Assembly (NCBI GenBank): GCA_951406725.2 | Contig: OX597832.1 | Coordinates: 4,526,001-4,590,000, forward strand | Reading direction: 5' to 3' | DNA length: 64,000 bases | Source of the DNA: Octopus vulgaris | Lineage: Eukaryota | Shown: positions 23,785-36,711 of the stretch, in pieces | Layout of the letters: every line of letters begins with the position of its first letter | How positions within the stretch are numbered: the stretch's first letter is position 1 | Program-made: the position numbers and the translations under genes | The notes under the pieces: model-generated | Database searches by the model: none | What the model saw: the letters and a program-made list of their open reading frames with translations, nothing else | What the model was told of the DNA's origin: nothing

Positions 23785-24394
23785 AACATTGTATGACTCC
23801 TTCATGAACTACCGGATTTACAATGTGGGTGACAAGACCATAACCCACACCACCCGATATTTTAAGCATCTCAGTGGTGATTCCTGATGAGCCAGGTGCT
23901 TTCCCTGTCTTCACATCCTTAATTATTTTATCTATCAGGGTACTGTCAATTCAGATAGATGGTCCCTCAATTGGGTCAACCTTTGGCAGACTCTTCTCCC
24001 ATTCATTCTCCACCTCCAGCAGTCTTTCATAATGGCACCTCTTTTTTTGCAGAATCATTAAACACAAGGGGACCATCATCCATGTGGACACATTTCTTTC
24101 CTATGACATCATGGTTTTCTCTAACATACTGTCTTGCAATCCAAAATACTTCAGTTCTTTGGTCCTCATGTTACTGAACACTGGCAAACTTTCTTTTCTG
24201 CTACTCTCTTGGCTATATATACCTGTCTCCTAGCTTCACTTTTGGCTATCTGATACAGTCCTCTGCTATCCCCACTCTTCCAGGCCTGTTTCTTTGCTCT
24301 AACGGCCCTGTCTACAGCAGTGTTCCACCACTATGTTACCCTAGGTCTGGAAAGGACTTTGCATTAGCCACAGATTTGGTCTGTAGCACTCAGC
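23785..24394 (-). mobile_element. RTE LINE fragment
   Basis: KTGKAPGSSGITTEMLKISGGVGY.LVTHIVN, WWNTAVDRAV. Confidence 0.75.
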
Positions 24395-25645
24395 ACACCT
24401 CCATTTGAAGCAATGTATCAGTCCAGACATGTTTTCCACAGTTCAAAGCAGTCCTAGATCTCTTTCAAAGTGATGCTTTTAATGCCTCTGTCATATTTTT
24501 CTTCACCTCTTCCACATCAGCAAAATGTTTTCCTTTAAGGACTTTTTTTTATTTGGGGGAACAAAAAAAGTTGCAGGGAGAAAGATCAGGTTAATAAGGA
24601 AGGTGGGTAAATGGGGTCATGCCATATTTGGTCAAAAACTGTCTCACATTCAAGGCAGTGTGTGAAGGTGCATTGTCATGATGAGACCATCACCCTCCAC
24701 TTTGCCACTAGTCAGGGTGTTTGCCTCTCGCCATGTCTTGCAAATGCTTCAGAACTGCCAAGTAAAATGTTTGGTTAACAGTTTCACCAGGAGGTACAAA
24801 TACTGTGCAGACAATTCCTTTCACATCAATGAAACAAATTAGCATTGTTTTGACATTGGACTTCACCTGACGCACTTTTTGGGGGCGTGGTGACATTGAG
24901 TGCTTCCATTGACTTGATTGTTGTTTCATTTCCAGGTTGTAGTCATAGCGCCAGATTTCATCACCAGTGATGATCTTCAAAATAAAAAAAAAAAGAAAAG
25001 ATCTGGATCAATTTCCAGTTGTTCTTTCAGTTCACAATATGTACTTAGTCATGTCCTGCTTTTGATCTTCCATGAGCAAGTGAGGCACACATTTTGTTGC
25101 AACTATTTTCATTTGCAATTCCTTGCTCAAAGCTCATTGGCAGGAGCTCCTGGACACATCAGTCATATCAACAAGTTCATCAATTATTCAGCAATGGTCC
25201 TCCAAGACCAGTTCGTGAATTTTTCCTGGTATTTTTATTCATTCAAGAGGTTGACAGTTGCCTTGAATGAGGATGATCTTCAAGGGACAAGTGACTATTA
25301 CTAAACATGAAAACCACTTGTAAACTGATGTTTTGCTCATGGCAGCATCCATGTAAACTGTTTGAAGTATGACAACTGTTTCAGCCACCATTTTCCCCAG
25401 CAGAAAACAGAATTTCACAGAAGCATGCTGTTCTTTTGTTTCAGCCATTACAAAAATCGACGAACAAGGGAGAAGCATAGCAAGACAAAGACGCACCATG
25501 TGGCAATACAATTCCACTTGACATCCCATGTTGGCAGACTGATGCCTGAGGGTTGCATCAAGTGACTTCTAGCAGTAGAAGCCTAAACTACAATGGGTTT
25601 GTCTCACAGAGAAAGTTTCTGGTTACTTTTGGGTACTCTCTTGTA
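24395..25645 (-). mobile_element. mariner transposon, decayed near-full-length copy
   Basis: 5' TIR TACAAGAGAGTACCCAAAAGTAACCAG; MAETKEQHASVKFCFLLGK..AET; IITGDEIW.YDY; KTMLICFID..GIV; HPPY*PDLSPC. Confidence 0.9.
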
Positions 25646-26151
25646 TTTTACCTCAGCTTTAAACATCAGTTGTTAGCTGTCAGGGCACTACATCCTTCCA
25701 AACTCTCATGCCTCCTGAAGCAGTACATCTGATGTCCCCCATTCCCTTTGTTTTTGTAACGACTTATTCACTGTTCACTTCCTGTACAAATTCTATGTGC
25801 TGTTCATGTTGTTTTGGTTACTTTTTCTGATGAGATATAGGGCACCTGAGCATTGTATTCAGTAAGTTCATCCTTATCATTATCAAGGTGATGAGCTGGC
25901 AGAGTCATTAGCATGCTGGGTGAAATACTTAGCAGCATTTCATCCTCTTTTATATTCTAATGCTTTTTTACTTGTTTCAGTCATTTGACTGCGGCCATGC
26001 TGGAGCACCACCTTTAGTCGAACAAATCAACCCCCAGGACTTATTCTTTGTAAGCCTAGTACTTATTCTATTGCTCTCTTTTGCTGAACCGCTATGTTAC
26101 GGGGACGTAAACACACCAGCATCAGTTGTCAAGTGATATTGGGGGGGACAA

Positions 26152-26230
<79 letters not shown>

Positions 26231-26683
26231 TACGACAGGCTTCTTTCAGTTTCCGTCTACCAAATCCACTCTTGAAGCTTTGGTCGGCCCAAGGCTATAG
26301 CAGAAGACACTTGCCCAAGGTGCCACACAGTGGGACTGAACCTGGAACCATGTGGTTGGTAAGCAAGCTACTTACCACAAAGCCACGCTTGCCAAAGTCA
26401 ACTTTGCTTTTCATCCTTTCAGGGTTGATAAAATAAGTACCAGTTGAGTACTGGGGTCAGTGTAAATGACCTGCCCCATATTCCGAAATTGTTGGCCTTG
26501 TGCCAAAATTTGAAACCATTATTATGATTATTAGTATTATATCATGAAATGCTAGAAATTTAACAAGTTGCTGCTATAGTTGACTTAACCCCTTTTATTA
26601 CTATATTTCTGCTGAAATACACTATTTCTGTTTCAACTAATTTTGAAAATAACAAAGAATTTACTAAAATAATTTTGTCATTA

Positions 26684-27220
26684 ATAAATCTCTGAATGAG
26701 TTATAAACAGTAGCTGCATGACAATGTGAAGTATACTTGGCACTTAAATGTGGCTAACCACTGTAGCTTTTCCTGTGACAAAAGTGTGTCAATAGCCAGC
26801 TGGAGATGTTCTCCTGGGGCTACAAGCTACAGTAGCATCAACCCTTAGTGGTTAGCCACATTTAAGTGGCAAATATACTTCACACTGTCGTGCAGCAACT
26901 GTTTATATCTTGTTCAGAGATTTATTATTGCTTGTTTACACTTTTTCGAGATCAGTGACTTTTCGTCACTGGAAAAAGGATATATGTATTTGCATTGGGA
27001 CCCCTTCGCATTGAAGACCGGTGATTGTCATGCGCTGACGATGGGTAAATACCCAGAAACCCGGGTCTGTGTGTATCACGTCAGGTCGACAATGGGAAGG
27101 ATGGCTTCCCTTTGCAGAAAGTGTGTCAATAGCCAGCTGGAGATGTTCTCCTGGGGCTACAAGCTACAGTAGCATCCACCCTTAGTGGTTAGCCACATTT
27201 AAGTGACAAATATACTTCAC
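26684..27220 (+). mobile_element. Non-coding hammerhead-bearing retroelement (retrozyme/Penelope pLTR-like) with inverted 5' segment and 13-bp TSD
   Basis: TSD AATTTTGTCATTA at 26671-26683 and 27221-27233. 26684-26762 is an inverted copy of ~26846-26926. 26781-26883 is directly repeated at 27118-27220 (337-bp period). Hammerhead at 27029-27073. Confidence 0.8.
27029..27073 (+). ncRNA. Type I hammerhead ribozyme, intact core
   Basis: CAUGCG-CUGACGA-UGGGU(AAAU)ACCCA-GAAA-CCCGGG-UC-UGUGUG: full core, perfect 5-bp stem II, palindromic stem III ACCCGGGU, GUC cleavage triplet, wobble-rich stem I extendable by GUGAU/AUCAC. Confidence 0.85.
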
Positions 27221-27972
27221 AATTTTGTCATTATTTATCTGGTGTTGGGAACATAGATTAACAAGGAACTTTGATGAAAGATTTTAATTTAGATCACTTT
27301 AACACAGGCAATTTGTAGCACAACATCAAAGGGATGGTCTCAGGCTGGTTGGTTTCAAGAGGGGGATAATTCTAATTTGGTGGGGAGGGGAGAGTTGATT
27401 TCATCTACCCCAGTGCTGAACTGGTGCTTTATTTTATTGATCCTTAAAGGATGAAAAGCAAAGCTGATTTTGGCAGCATTTGAACTCAGAATGTGAAATC
27501 AGAAGAAAAGCTGCTCAGCATTTTGCCCACACTGCTAGCAACTCTGGTAGCAGATTCATTTTGGTTTATAATACAGCAGTTAGAATATGGTTGTCTCATA
27601 TTAAATTTATTTTAATTAAGAAAATTATAATGATGTTAATCATAAATTCACAAAATCTGTAATTTAAGCCATACATTATAACATATCAATTATACAAAAA
27701 TGTTGTTTTTCATGGAACATTTTTAATGTTTTGCAAATACTATAAACCAGGAGAATGTTTAAACTGCCATCGAAAAATAACTAGTTTTAGGAATTAACTG
27801 GTTTGCAATTGAAAACCTGTTTTGAGAACATTCAACAGAATGAACTTAAGAAAAATAAATAAAATCAACCCTAAGTCTATTTACTGTCATTGTTTAGCAC
27901 CAGTCAGCCACGATAAGCAGCTCTTTATAGCATGTGGGTAGTGTGCCAAACAACTTGGTGTGATTTACAGGT

Positions 27973-28025
<53 letters not shown>

Positions 28026-28029
28026 GAGC

Positions 28030-28920
28030 TAAAAGAAACAACTCAGGATGTCCAGTTGCATGTATTTGAACAACGTAGAGAAATACCATACAAAAGAAAT
28101 TCATGATTTATTGAAATTATCTCCACTTCTAGAGGATGTGTTATAATTACCAAATAGCAATTAAGAACAGCTTCATATCAGAAAGGGAGATAATCTCAAT
28201 AATCAAGAATTCTCCAAAGCTGACAAGGAAAAGGACAGGTTTATTGTCTAGTGATTAAAGGACAGTTGTGGACACATGTTTCTACCTTAATAGGTGTCAT
28301 AGTGTGATAATTGTTCAACCTTATCTCTAGTAGCCAAGGCACTTGCTATATACAATATCTCTGCTTGGTTGTAATCCAAACTACATACTTCAATAAAGGG
28401 TGAAATATGGAAATTTTAGCAGAGATAGGCAACATAGAATTAGACACAACATTTTGCTAGTCTACTACACATATCTCTTATGGTATGCATTCCAATGAAT
28501 GAGGCTAACAAAGGCTATGGATGCTAGTCTTTATTTTGGTGCCTGTACTTTAATCTGATCTTCTGCATTTATTGGGTTGGATGGTGTTCTGGTAGTTTGG
28601 AAGGGGTTGGACTTGTAGTGCCAGAAACTGTGAAGGTTGGAGCTATGTTTATTAAAGGAGATATGTTTGCTATGGAAGAGTGGCCTTGTTATTGGAATTT
28701 CTTCGATGCTTGCTTCAAGAGTTGACATTACACTTAAATGTGTTTGACAAGAAGTTTTGAGAAACTTTGGTTTTTTTCTTTTGCTTCAGTCATTGGACAC
28801 CAGGCTAACAATATTAGATTAATGAAGAACTCCAAGTAATCTTTTGGTAAGGTCCAACTTTATGGTTCATCACAATTCTATATTGTAAATCCATGGATGG
28901 GCTTCAGATAAACTAGTTTT
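28030..28920 (-). mobile_element. Highly decayed Penelope-like element 3' end with hammerhead remnant
   Basis: Minus strand shows a KISIF(H)P..ITTKQR remnant reminiscent of the PLE GIY-YIG C-terminus, followed by CUAUGA-CACCU(AUUA)AGGUA-GAAA-CAUGUG-UC-CACAACUGU at 28262-28314. Confidence 0.45.
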
Positions 28921-28959
28921 TAAAGAGTTATATATAATAGACAAGTTAAAATAATGGTA

Positions 28960-30100
28960 ATTTTATACATAAATGGCAATTTCTGTCTGTCTATCTGTCT
29001 GTTACCATCTTGCTGCCTACACCAGAGAACCAATTTTGATGAAACTTTGCATACATGTTAAACTAGCATCCAGTTCAATTATAGGCTAATTGAATTTCAA
29101 TAAAAATCTGTAATGAACCCCCTAGTGGGGAGCTATTATTTGATAAAAGTGTTAGTGTGAGGGAAATGTGGTAGCATAGTGAGTGTGACTAATATCAGGG
29201 AAGGGGGAGAACAAGGTTGTGTAAGTAATAAATATGGAGTGGCAGTGGGATGGCACCGTTAATGCAGCTGTCATTTAGGGATATATACGTGACACTGCAT
29301 ACATACTTTTGTAAATGCATAGATACATGCATACACACACATGCACATAAACATAAGTAACTTTTAAAATACCAAGGAAGGGAAAGAAAGGTGGGTGTGA
29401 GGAATACATAGTTTTAAGGAGAGTGGGGATAAGTTGATGACAATTGTTCACAGATGACTTTTTTGCTGCCCATCACAAAGAATCATAAACGTAGGTCAGC
29501 AACATTGCCATATTGGCATTGTATATAGGTCAGATATTCTCCAGACAATGTGTTGAAATTTGATAAGGGCTTTCCATGGACATGGTTCTGACAAAGGTGT
29601 CATTAATTTTCTTTGGTCTTTCAGTGTACCTCAACTGATCAATAGACCAAATATGAGAAAATCCACCTATAATGACTACTGAAAACAGTTGCAGGCCAAA
29701 TTTGCTATAATAAAGGAATTATATGTAATGACCATTATTTTAACTTGTTTATTATACATACATACATACATTTTTATGCTTTGTATACTTCCTTGTTTTT
29801 TTCTGTTACCTTTAACCATGGTTTTTCTTGTGCTTGTGCGTATATAGACGTATGTATGAACTTTTACGGTACGCATGTGTGTGTGTATGAGTTTGTATAT
29901 ATATGCGTATATATTTGGCGAAAGATGCGAGTGAAGATGTGTACGTTTTCATAGTGACGTATAAGTACGCACGTGGGTCCGCCAGCAGAATTATAATACA
30001 GTTATTTCCCTTTGTATAACGGTAATTTTTCACAGCGTTTTTCAGATGGCCAGATAACCGAAGAGATGGTGTTGTGGATTTCCACTTCGGCATCTGAAAC
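28960..30100. mobile_element. Probable non-autonomous Helitron-like remnant(s)
   Basis: Start TTTATACATAAA...GTCTGTCTATCTGTCTG...CCAATTTTGATGAAACTTTG resembles Helitron 5' regions. The GGGAAATAACT motif at ~30000 is shared with the Helitron at 52764-53159. Confidence 0.35.
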
Positions 30101-30258
30101 TCAGAGTTTTATCTTGACTGCCCATATAATACAGTAAATGAATTGATTGCATCACAATCCTTAACATTTATGTATTAACCTTGTTGGGTACTTCACTAGC
30201 AGTATATTGGATAGATGTTATCCCATGGAGGGTTGCATTTACAACCCCTATCTCAATT

Positions 30259-30302
<44 letters not shown>

Positions 30303-30639
30303 ACAGTCTTCCACACAGTTTCTGTCAAACCAAATCCATTCACAAAGTATTGGTTAGCCCAGGGCTAGAACACACTTGTCCAAGGTGCTGTGCAGTGGGA
30401 CTGAACTCAAAACCATGTGGCTGCAAAATGAGCTTCTTAATCACACAGTCATGTTTGCAGTTAATTCATTGAGATATAATTCCTTTAAAAAAGTGTATTA
30501 AATAATTACCAAAGAATTTTATGAAATGATGAATAAGAAAAAAATTATGTCAGTGTCTCCAGTACGGCCAAAGGTTCTGACTGAAACCAAAAAATAAAAA
30601 GCAAAGCAAAGAAAGAATAAACACTGAGGCTTGTTGAAA

Positions 30640-30975
30640 AATTTGATTTCCATTTATTTTAATGATAAAATAAATCAAACATATTACAGGATAAACAAAA
30701 CTGCATTGGTCAGTTTATACAAAGCTGGACATACAGAGTCAGCTAACAAGTTCTTGAAATAAAACAACTGGTCGCATTATAAGAGTGTTATAAGAAGCTA
30801 ACTAGGGTATTACAATTGTACAGTTTACAGGGAGCTGGGTAGAAATGAGAACCAGTTAAATAAGCAGTGAAAATAACTGGGAACAACTAGAACTAAACAT
30901 GCTTTAAAATGTATATATGCACACACACACACACACATGCACATAAAACACACACATACACACGCACATGTGTTT

Positions 30976-31072
<97 letters not shown>

Positions 31073-33101
31073 ACACACACAAAGACATATACAAAGAAAG
31101 ACGAATACAAAGAAGCAGAAACTGATTCAGAGACAAAACTTTACAGAACTGAATCTGTCACATCACTCTTTGATTTCTGTCAAAGAAATTATAGAATAAT
31201 TTTGAGGTCAGGAGGAAAGTAAATGAATCTACTTTTGGAGACTGTTCTGACAAACAAACAAGTATTTCTGAGTATTCTGGATGACAGGCTGTCATTTAGG
31301 ATGTTCAGAGATATTACCTCTAACATGTAGTTTCATATCAATGACAGCTAAGTCACATTTCAGCAGGAAGTATTCATGTCAGTGGAAACATTGATTAATC
31401 TTCTAAGACAACTGCCATTGTGGAAATATATAATTTCAGTTTGAATTACATAAATATCTGTAGCATAAACCCTTCAATATGGTGACAATTTCTACAATGA
31501 AGATATTAACAGAAGAACAATGTATCTTTGGTAATAACCACCAAGAAGAAAGAAACTTTGTGGTTATTTTAATGTCACACAAATGGACAAATTGGGGGGA
31601 ACCCAATTCAAAGACAAAGCAAACAAAATAGACAGGAGTCAAACATTTATGCAAAGCTGAAATTTAGGAAAACATTACTATGAGATAAATGATAAAAAAT
31701 ACTGCACATGAGAAACAAAACATTTAAACGATAAAGTGGGACTTCCTGTTTGGAATACTCTTCAGAATAAAATATACTGTCTACTAGGCTTTTGGGCCAA
31801 CAAGTGAGTAAAGTAGAAAAAATATATTAAATATCAATATCAAGGTTATATTTAAGCAAGTGCTCAAGACTTGAAGATAGATAAACAAACTGGTCTGATA
31901 AACTGGCGATATTAAAAGATGTGCTGGGAGTTATGATGAGAACTGTACAACAGCAAAGTAACTATAAGCTATGACAGATTGATATGACCAATATAATGCA
32001 GTAATTGAATCAACTAGAAACATTTAGAAGTTCTATATCAGGTTGGCAAGTAATACACTTAAGAAAAATAGATTCCTTGTCAAAGAATATTTCTGTTATG
32101 AAAATTTATTTAGAAAAACATATATTCCAAATAGTATTTGCAAAGTGTCTGTAATTGAATGAGATATATATCTAAACAGGTTTATTAAATATGTACACTT
32201 CATGATTAAATCAAGCTAAACTTAGTGAACCATCACTTTTATTCATCTAACTTCAATTAAGATCTAACAAATTAAAAATGTAATTAGAATGTATTTAAAG
32301 AAATAATTATGTTAAAATAGGCTATTATTTAAATCTAAACTACAGGGAACATGAGAAGTTGGCAAAAAGTTGGCATGAAATCAATTAATAAAATATGATG
32401 AAATTTAAGAATAAATGTAATCCTTATTTGCTGATTGCTAGACACGTACGTGTATGTTATCTGTTGATTATAAACTGATGTTTTGTTTTTATATATAGTG
32501 ATAATGTTTTAAAGTTATGGAAATAGTTTGGCTTTCCATAGACTAAGCATAATCTATTTTTTGTCAGAAAATATTCTGGTGGATTAGTGAAGTCATTTCC
32601 AACAATATATATTTTATATTTATAGAAAAAGAGAAACTTAAGCATTCTTGTTACAACACAGTCTCAGAAAATAACAGAAATTAAATATAATTATACATTT
32701 TCCTTGTCCATAACTGATTTATTTCCAATCAGTTCTTTCATGTAAAGAAAATATCTAATTCAATAAATTTTACAAAAGAAAATAAAAACAAAACAAAAAC
32801 ACACTTCCTTAAAAAAAATAATACATAATTATTCATTTAATGTTTCTTTTTTTTACAGGATAAATAATATCAGAGAAAATGTTTAAGATACAAGTAGTTG
32901 CAAAATTCTGTGATCATTCCCCAAAGGAAATGACTGGTTGGTTGGTTGGTAAGTTACTGCTAAATGTATGTACAACACATACAAAAAAAATCCATGTTAC
33001 CAACAAGTTTTAATGAGTCTTATTGATATTATTTTAAACATACTCACAATAAAGAGTTATAAAGAGATACAATTTCTGTAACACATATTCATGTGTGTAT
33101 A

Positions 33102-33168
<67 letters not shown>

Positions 33169-33358
33169 GTAAATGTATAAACAAATTACTGTAATTATAA
33201 ATGTACAAACAGTGTCTTTAAAGAACTTGAAATAAATAAAATTATAAATGATACATCAAACAGCAAAAGATATGTTTTGTATGTTATTTCTCAGTCACAA
33301 ACAAATAAACAAACAAATAAATAAATTAATAATGATAATAACAATAATGATGATGATG

Positions 33359-33390
<32 letters not shown>

Positions 33391-36300
33391 TTATAATCTA
33401 AAAAATGAAACAAAAATGGATATGGCAAACTTTATTTTAACTACTGAAATCTGCATTCAGCTTTCAATAAATAAAACCACTCATTAGATGTGTATATATG
33501 AGAAAATATGTGTAAAAAGTGTTTACATACTTTTACATATAACTTCCTTCTTTAAAACAACTGAATTGTTGAACTTGAACACATACATACTTGTACACCT
33601 ACACAGGTCATCTAACTAATGACAGCTCAACTGATTGGTTACAGATGGTGACCAAGATCCTTTTCTGGGGGTTAATAATTAACAAACATATTTTTAAGTA
33701 TTAAATGAATAAAAGTTAAATCCCCTGAAGTGGTGGTCATTTGACAATTTTACCAGAAAGCCTTCAGATATATTTTCTTGTTTTGAGAACCTGAATCATT
33801 TAAAATAAAATGTCTTGCCAGACCAACAATGAAATAACTGCAATGAAATTACAAATGGCTATTTCATTTCTACAGAAATTTCAAAAAGTGTATAACATAT
33901 CCAGAATCTAAGTATAAGCTCGAGCTTATAAGCAGTGTGACTGTGAATGAGTCTGTGTAAATTTTTCTTTATAATTCAGACAGTAAAATGGTGTGTATTG
34001 CCTAAGGTTTATCTACAGAGACTAGATTGCAGATAAATTATTATCACTTCAGGCTTAGGAATGTCTATTTATTCTCTGTGAGAATTCGCCAGATATATAT
34101 TCAAATATAAATGTACTTATGTACAGATATCTATAACTGTGTGCATTAATACACAAATTTCTGTCCACACACTATATATAAATAGAGAATCAAGAGTTTA
34201 GAGAGACCTTATTATTTTACATAATATAGACTGATACACCCAAAAAGCTTATATTTATTTAACAGTAGTGATAACCATTTTGGATTTTAATTTGTGTTGG
34301 ATAATACATAACTTCAACTGTTTATAACTAATTTACTAGAGCAAATTTCTTGGTCTTTCTTAATAATAGTTATGTATCAATAAAATTATCAATGTTTTGT
34401 AGCCTTTTCACAACACCTAGCTAGGGAAATATAGAATAAATTGTCATAACCAGAGAACAAGTATTTGCAATGGAAATATTCCATAATGGAAATACCAAGT
34501 GCAGGTACCCTACATACCGTCATTTTACTTCTATATTCAAAAGTAACAGTATAAATCCTTTTATCATAAAATTTATATTAAAATATAAATCTATTTATAG
34601 CTAAAATAGCAAGGAAACCTTCCTTAGCAATAACATTTTGCAAAAGTTAAGACGTTTGGCTTGAAAATTTTGATTGCTTTCTGGACCAGTTATTGAGAAC
34701 TCAAACTCAAACAATTTATTTAACATAAAAAAAAATCCACAAAAGAACAAAAAAAAAATGAAAAAAGAAAAGTATTGTCTTTTCCACATCTTACAAACAT
34801 GAATATGATACTTCAACGTTTCTTTTGGTGATACAATATGTTCCTGCTTCTGTATGTCAAAATACAGAAACACAAGAAATTACATAATGCACTATAGAGT
34901 ATTTGAATTCATTAGTTACATTTTAGAAAATACTCCTAAATTTGCTCTAAAATAATGTTAGGGTATTAACCACTATAGGGAAGACATACAACTGAAGTGT
35001 CATCAATTTGATGACCTAATAAGGTTTCATTGCGCTTCAGTGCAGTGTCAAAATCATGTGTACTCTTTCAGTTAGACTGGAAGAGCACAAGGATGAAATT
35101 TATATAATATACAGCAGAGTATTGGAATTAAGAAGTCAAGAAAAGTTAGAAATATATTTTTTTATATAAAATTCATATACTCATTGTGTGTTACAAAATT
35201 TTCCACATACACTAACAGTCAGATTCATGCAACAAGTTGATTTATGCTGGAAACTGACTGATACATAAACAGTCTGAAAAAAAAAAAACACTGTTTTGGT
35301 TGAAACTGAATGTCTTTCAGTTCTCTTCACTGTTTTTGTAACCCAAAAATTATTTAGAGCAAGGCTAGAAATATATCCTTATACAAAAGAATCTTCAGGG
35401 TTTTACATTTAAATGTAAAACTTTCAGCATTTGCATTTATTTCACATCTCTACTAAATATTTTGAGGTTAAATGAACAGTATTTGTTTTTAGAAAAATGC
35501 AAAGATAGCATTTAAGTTTCATTCAAGCGACTACCTAACCGTTAAATTTAGTCATTGTCAATGTGTTTCCTGTAGGAGGCAAGGCAATAATTTCTGTTGT
35601 CTTTTGAATGAAGTAAAAACACAAAAGAAATATTTGTACAAGTCAAACAGAGACACTGCTGTTTTGTTCGTTTCAATCAATGAGGGAAATCACTCCAAGT
35701 ATATTTGCTCTTCAAATACATCAGCAATCTATCAAGAACCACATCTGATTAGTAGATAATTAATTCTGTTAAAGCAGAATTGCTAATGTTGGAAATAAAA
35801 CTTTTCCTGAAAAAGATATGCTTCTCTTTAATTTTGCATGTTGTGAGAGTAAGATTGAACTGATGAAGAAAAGGCTAGTGCCAATGAAGAACAATTATGT
35901 CAGCAACACCCCCTCTCCCATGCATACACTCATACATATGTACAAATACAGATTCTCCTTCTTGTTGAGAATATTTGATAACTTTGGTGCTAATTTATTA
36001 ATTGAAATATAAATACTGTTTAATTAGATCTGAATTAAACTTTAATTGAAGATCTTGAAAATATGTGTCCATATGTAATTGTGCACATAAGTCCATGCAA
36101 GCAATTATTTAAATGTGAGTGTATGTAAGTATGTATGCATGAGTGGATGTATATGTGTGTGTGTGTGTGTATGTGTGCATGCATGCGTGTGTGTGTCAGT
36201 GTACACAAGAGTTTTATGATATACATTTATCATGTAATGGTCTAATGCACGCAGTTATGGTTGTTTGGCAAAATAAACACAAACAAACCTGTTTGCATGT

Positions 36301-36567
36301 GCATATATATATATATACACACACACACACAAATGTATGTATGTGTGTATATATATATACACACATACATATATGCACATACATACAGACACCCATTCAT
36401 ACATATATACAGCCCTAGCCAAACACATACACACACACACATAATGAGTAATCAAATTCAAGTTATACTGTGAGACTCTCCTGTCCTCATAAACAAATCC
36501 ATGTTTAGGGAATGTATTAACATCACAGCATATAGTGAGTGAACTGTTTTACAGAAATATGTTAAAA
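30640..36567 (-). other. Probable long 3' UTR of the GPCR gene
   Basis: ~6 kb AT-rich stretch after the stop codon with microsatellites but no recognisable SINE/LINE, unlike flanking regions. AATAAA on the minus strand at 30653-30658 is followed by a U-rich tract (30590-30620). Confidence 0.5.
30978..31069. repeat. (GA)n microsatellite
   Basis: Direct reading. Confidence 0.97.
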
Positions 36568-36711
36568 TTAGCAGAGTTTTGAATAAGACACATGATTATA
36601 TCGTGGTACTTGAAAATCTTGACTTGTGTGTCCATATATATCACTCGATCGATAAGTAACTGGGTATTCTCGAATCTCTTGGCCTCGATAAAAATGGCTC
36701 TGAACAGCTAC
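36568..36711 (-). CDS. Terminal coding exon of the cAMP receptor-like GPCR (C-terminal tail)
   Basis: Polypyrimidine acceptor tgtccttttatctatttgtatcatatAG. A phase-0 start matches the phase-0 end of exon 60527-60597. 48 codons VAVQSHFYRGQEIREYPVTYRSSDIYGHTSQDFQVPRYNHVSYSKLC*, locally CpG-rich. Additional intervening exons cannot be excluded. Confidence 0.7.
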   Translation of the reverse strand, partial: VAVQSHFYRGQEIREYPVTYRSSDIYGHTSQDFQVPRYNHVSYSKLC

